Positions 59,341-64,000 of a stretch of 64,000 nt of DNA are shown one piece after another (the first letter of the stretch is position 1; the number at the start of each line of letters is the position of its first letter). The notes under the pieces were generated by a model. The model was not told where the DNA came from and made no database searches. It saw nothing but the letters and a program-made list of their open reading frames with translations. Origin of the DNA: Selaginella moellendorffii (Eukaryota > Plantae > Lycopodiophyta); assembly GCF_000143415.4 (NCBI RefSeq), contig NW_003314286.1:635766-699765 (forward strand). The letters run 5' to 3'. A program made the translations under genes and the position numbers.

Positions 59341-60060
59341 TCACTTAAATCGGGAAGCAATCAATATAGCTGTCCAGATCCATGTGTTTATCGAGGATTG
59401 CATTATATAGAAGTCTTGGCATTCAAAGACTCCTTTCCCACAACATGCTGGGCCTCCTTCTAGAGCTGTGTGATGCCGACAAGTGTGAAGTCCATAATTG
59501 CAAGTGCCTTGTGAATTTCCCCTCCAAAGAGAAATTGAAATCTGGGTCTGCCACATTAACGAGTGGGTCTGTCCGTCCATATGGATAATGATACGTTGGC
59601 TAACGTAAGCTCTCAGCAATGCAGTGGTTATTTCCACGGGCCTCTTGTCTATGGCCTCGGAAACTGCTGGCACCTTCTTTTCTCCATCAGGGAGGAGAGG
59701 ATCCCCCCTGTCCATTTGCCGTTTCTTGGAGATGGGTGGCGGGTCTTGTGCCCATTCTTCAAACGAAAAGGGTGCGATACCTCCATGTAGTTGGAGAGTA
59801 GTGGTGTGGAAGCAGCTCAGAAAGTGGAGCTGAATAGACTGTTCCTCGGTCAAGAGCCTGTTCGTTAGCAAAGGTCCACATCTTGTGAGGTAGCTGTTGT
59901 AGTCCCACAGGAGGGTGTATGGGATATGAATGAGAGGGGCTGCAGCTGGCCCAAATGGTTCCTGCTGGGCATACCTTGTGTCTTGCCAGATTGCAAATCC
60001 TGCTGGTGCTGTGGGGGGTAGGGCAACGATCCATTTTAGTGCTTGTGTTGATATGGTCAT
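59341..60060 (-). other. 239-codon ORF of unknown function, possibly a degraded element-associated ORF
   Basis: Intronless ORF with no recognisable motif, lying between TrpB2 and AT-rich DNA downstream of the right-hand gypsy relic. Confidence 0.3.
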
Positions 60061-62152
60061 TAATAGAATATGAACTCCCAGAGATCACATATTATCTATT
60101 GAAGAGAAGATGATTTATGTGTTTAAACCTTTGTCTATTATAACCTTATTTTCATATTTAACGTGACTAAACCTTAATTTATGAAATTCCATAGAGGTTT
60201 ACTTTTATCTATAGTAATATGGTAACAACTAATAAAGTAATATTAATTTTGCTAACTCAAAGTGTAAATTTAAGTTGCTAATGTGTCTCACTCACAAGCC
60301 CAAATATAAATTTATGCAAATAATATATCTCCATTTAATGAGCCCAAGAAAAATATATACCTTATATTATAACTATAAAATACCAAATGTTATTATAACT
60401 ATAGAAAATTATATCTCAATCCACAAATATAAAAGTAGTTCATACAAATATAGTATATGCCAAAATCCAATATGCATGCAAAACCATAAAAACTAAACAT
60501 GTACCCATTCATATTATTGTATTCACCCTCTACATATACAATGAGACTAGTTGTTTAAACTTGATGGATAGTACTTGCTAAGATTAATCCTTTAATATCA
60601 AATATAACATACATGGTTTTTACCCTGAATTGGATTGTTCCACTAGTTAGTATATGAATGTAGAATAAAACATACACACTAATGGGGAAACAAAAAATGT
60701 CTCCAAGTTAGTCACTATACCCAATTTACCTATTATACATTTAAAGCCTTGCACTTTTGGCTTTACCCTAATCCCAAGAGTTAAGCAAAATATAAAAATG
60801 GTGCTATATTATCCCTAAAATTTTCATCTTTTACTACAATGTTTTGTCACAAATGTGTCTATGAGTATCAAAAGTTACCTATCAACAAATTCTTTCAGAT
60901 AATCTTCTATTATTGCAATGATAGTAATAAATCAATATTGTTAGTTCCCTTTGTTAGTTTGTTTTGTTTAGTAGCATTTAGATGAACATAAAAAAGAAGC
61001 TCTTAAATGTCTATTTAACTGAATATATTTAGTGTTTGTTAGTTCTTATATACTCTATTTTGCATAAGCTTAATAAAAACCTTTGCATAATAAACACTTA
61101 TTGCTATATGATAGTTTACTATATCTATTAAAACCTTTACTATCATGCCTTGTATGTTAATCACATTTCACTCTCATTAGCAATTTATAAAATGTGTCTA
61201 GATTTGTTATTTATGAAATATAAAAATTGTGTTAAACACAACTTTGAATCATTGAATATTTTTCAATATTAAGAAAACTAAATAAAAATAAAGAATAATA
61301 TTATTCTAAAATGTTATGAGTGCTTGGAATAAGGAAAGGGAATACAGAAAATGTGCATATCAATTAACCCAAAAACCATAGTTTATATACAAGAGCGAGT
61401 AATCTAGATTGAAAGCAATTAAATGGCTACCAAAATCCCACTATGCTAATATTAATATACAGCATTGTAGCCATACACTTGGACCTCACATCATCCCCTT
61501 CTCTCGGAATAATGGAAGACCATCAGAGTTCTCTTGTAGATGGGCCGGGATTGAAAGGAACATCAAGAGGAGGTATCAATGGATTTGTATGTGGTATTAA
61601 CTACTCTTAATCCTTTAGTATGAAGCATTTTAACCACTACATATGCACAATCTTTTGAGGATCGGCTTATTAGATGTCATGCCAAACCTCATAAACTTGC
61701 AGTCCAATTTGCTGCAACACCTGATACAATCCTTTCCACTGAGCAAGGAGCTCTTTAGATAAACCACATACCGTAAAGTGGGGAAAATGGACTAACACCA
61801 AATCATCCACTTTGTACTTTGCAGGTGGATGATAATAAGAGTTGTAGCGTTGTTGTTATCCCACATGTACGCGGCCTAAGTGTTCAATAGATTCTACTCG
61901 AACAAGTGGAAGAATGCTCGTCAGATAGTGATCCTATGACCTAGCATCGACAGTTCGTAGCAATCACAAAGGTAAACCCAACTCCGTTGGTAACATTGGA
62001 TCATGACTATATAAAAGATTATATAGTGAAGCATCAACAGAAAAAAAAATCCCTGTAACATATGCATACCGAAGAGACGGCAAATAACCATCGTAATCCA
62101 AATGCTGAAAGTTCACATACATCGCGATCATTCCTTTAAATGTCCAAACAAG

Positions 62153-63305
62153 TGTTTCCGATTTGCCAACTTACCTCATCTATCCGTCCAACACTGCCTT
62201 GGTTTTTGCTAAGTTCCCTCACCAAGGTTCCTGCGTATGGTACCAGCTCTTACTTGGTCCTACTTGGTTTCAGCTACTCACTGCACAAGCAACGGAGTGT
62301 TAGCCATCCATCCATGGATTCCCAAATCTCTCCCAATCTCCCTCCCTGGGTTAGACTGGACTTAAGGTTCGGCTACACTCCCCACAAGCACAAGCAACCA
62401 AGCACACCAAGCTTCCAGGTTCCTAACATCCCTTGGTACCACAAGACTTGATCATAGGACCCTCTAAATACCAAGTCTTGGGTGCAACACTTGCTTCAGA
62501 ACGCCGGGGCGAAACACTGTGGCCTAACGGCCCGAAATGGGTTTTTTTTTCCCCCCCCCCCCCCCCCCCCCCTTTTTTTTTCCGAAAGGGAGGGTCCAAC
62601 CCTTTGGGAGGGGGGGGGCTTAATGACCCCCTGGGTCCCAAAGGGGGGCCCCCCCCCATTGGGTTGGGGGCCCCCCCAGTCGTTTTCCTTTTTGGGGGGG
62701 GGGGTTTTTTTGGGCCCCTCCCTGGGAGGGCCCCCCGGGCCCCACCCCCTTTTTTGTTTTTTCCCCCCAAGGGCTTTTAATTCCCATTCCCACCTTAAAT
62801 TAATTTGGGAACCCCCCCGGGAGGGTTCCTTAAAAACGGGTTCCGGGCCCCCCCTATCCTTTTTATATTTTGGGAACCCACCCCCCCCCCCCCCCCCCCC
62901 CCCCTAGGAGACGCACGCTTTGGGCTTTCACCCCTTGACCCGTATTAGTACTCAGACTCAGTCTCTGGCTCGATCTCGGACTCAATCTCGGATCCGACTT
63001 CGGATTCGGTCTCGGACTCGGTCTCGGACCCGATCTCGGACCCGATCTTGGACCCGACCTTGGACTCAACCTCGGACTCGGTCTTGGACCCGATTTCGGA
63101 TCTCAGACTCTGTCTCAAACTCAGTCTCGAACTCGGTCTCCGAGTCGGCCTCGGACTCTATTTCGGAATCTATCTCGAACTCGGTCTCCGAGTCGGTCTT
63201 GGACTCGATCTCAGACTCGGTCCCATCCGATGAACTCTTTATCATTTTGGTCATGCTTTTGGGGATCCTTTAGCCTACGACACCTCAGGGAGTTGGTTCC
63301 TTACA
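62153..63305. mobile_element. Putative solo LTR (~1.15 kb) nested in the older integrase
   Basis: Starts TGT (62153) and ends ACA (63305), flanked by ACAAG (62148-62152) and ACAAA (63306-63310). Removing it plus one TSD copy restores the integrase frame. Confidence 0.8.
62950..63225. repeat. 6/12-bp minisatellite (CTCGGACTCGGT-like) inside the solo LTR
   Basis: Degenerate tandem CTCGGA/CTCGGT/CCCGAT units producing RSRT/SVSE pseudo-ORFs. Confidence 0.85.
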
Positions 63306-64000
63306 ACAAACCATTCCACCAAACCGTCTAATTATGGATGATTAACACTCATGAAAGTGTGGCATATCCCCAACCGAAATGTCAAAACATAGAATGCCTC
63401 AACCATAAATGTAGAACTATTATCTGAAAGAATCCGCTCCGGAGGAAGCATCCAATAGTAATTGCAAAGGCACTAGCCAGAGCACCAATTTCCACCCAAT
63501 GAGTCAAGTAGTCAAAAGTAACAATAACATACTCATTGCTAGCAGTTGATCGTGAAAAAGGTTCTATAAGATCAAATGTTACCAACTCAAATAGATGGGA
63601 AATTGTAATTAACTTTAATTATCCTTTTGAAGTACGAGAGGGAGTATTATGAACTTAATACCAAACGCAGTTACACACATACTAGATAACATCACGTCGC
63701 ATTTTTGGCCAATAAAAAGTCTTATTCAACTTCTCAGTCATATAATAATGTTTTATATGCCCACCTAGAATAAAAGAATTATGGTGCAAATGCAATGGTC
63801 ACAAAGATTAAAATACACATTTAAAATGCTCTTTGCCCAGCCTGCCGGAAGGTGTGCCCTTGTTGCGGCCGAGTTTTTCATGATTCTTCTCCACGCCGTC
63901 CTTTCTAAATTCTCTGTTTAATCTATTCTTAGATTAAGAGATAGAATGTCTTCTGCTAACGCAGCAGGAAATTCTTGGGACTCTGGGGGCTGGGAGAAAC

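Larger units (their letters stand above)
61600..63830 (-). mobile_element. Decayed Ty3/gypsy integrase (HHCC, core, GPY/F) interrupted by a solo LTR
   Basis: Minus strand reads HNSFILGGH...FYWPKMRRDVI*YVCNC; FDLIEPF...NEYVIVTFDYLTHWVE; SDNSSTF...HP*LDGLVEWF|VWTFKGMIAMYVN...YLPSLRYAY...LLYSHDPMLP; GLSKELLAQWKGLYQV...IVHM*WLK. Confidence 0.88.

Noticed and set aside
62540-62905. Pro/Gly-rich ORFs and G-quadruplex-like runs between two long poly-C tracts
   Set aside because: Nearly every base run is lengthened, typical of poor base-calling after a homopolymer. Treated as a probable sequencing artefact.
62863-63273. RS-rich / SR-protein-like ORFs
   Set aside because: Translations of the 6/12-bp minisatellite inside the LTR.

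Overview
Gene-dense plant nuclear DNA, most likely from the lycophyte Selaginella (inferred from 50-75 nt introns, intergenic gaps of 24-300 bp, PLS-class PPR genes dominated by ~31-aa SS-type motifs, and a cyanovirin-N-homolog gene). Decayed Ty3/gypsy relics flank the window: one on the left beside a 172-bp tandem array, one on the right split in-frame by a younger solo LTR. Between them lie about 24 genes: a CVNH lectin, NUP214, a TIGR01589 protein, a divergent Dof factor, a GDSL lipase, four PPRs, a CRM-domain protein, a cis-prenyltransferase, MGAT2/GnT-II, DUO1, a TLDc/MEAK7-like protein, a class III peroxidase, RFC1, an HVA22-like protein, a TBL acetyltransferase, an RLCK pseudokinase, UCP, the eRF1 methyltransferase (HemK2/MTQ2), an MLKL-like protein and TrpB2. 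Most notable: (1) an intronless HeLo/DUF1221-like + pseudokinase protein fused to SEL1 and ARM-like repeats, a candidate sensor-fused MLKL-type immune or cell-death module; (2) an ATG-only exon plus a stop-containing exon ahead of the eRF1 methyltransferase, creating a 22-aa uORF or poison exon and a possible termination-sensing feedback loop; (3) three local duplications in which each copy kept the gene the other lost. All calls come from manual motif recognition; no searches were run, and some exon and start boundaries are approximate.
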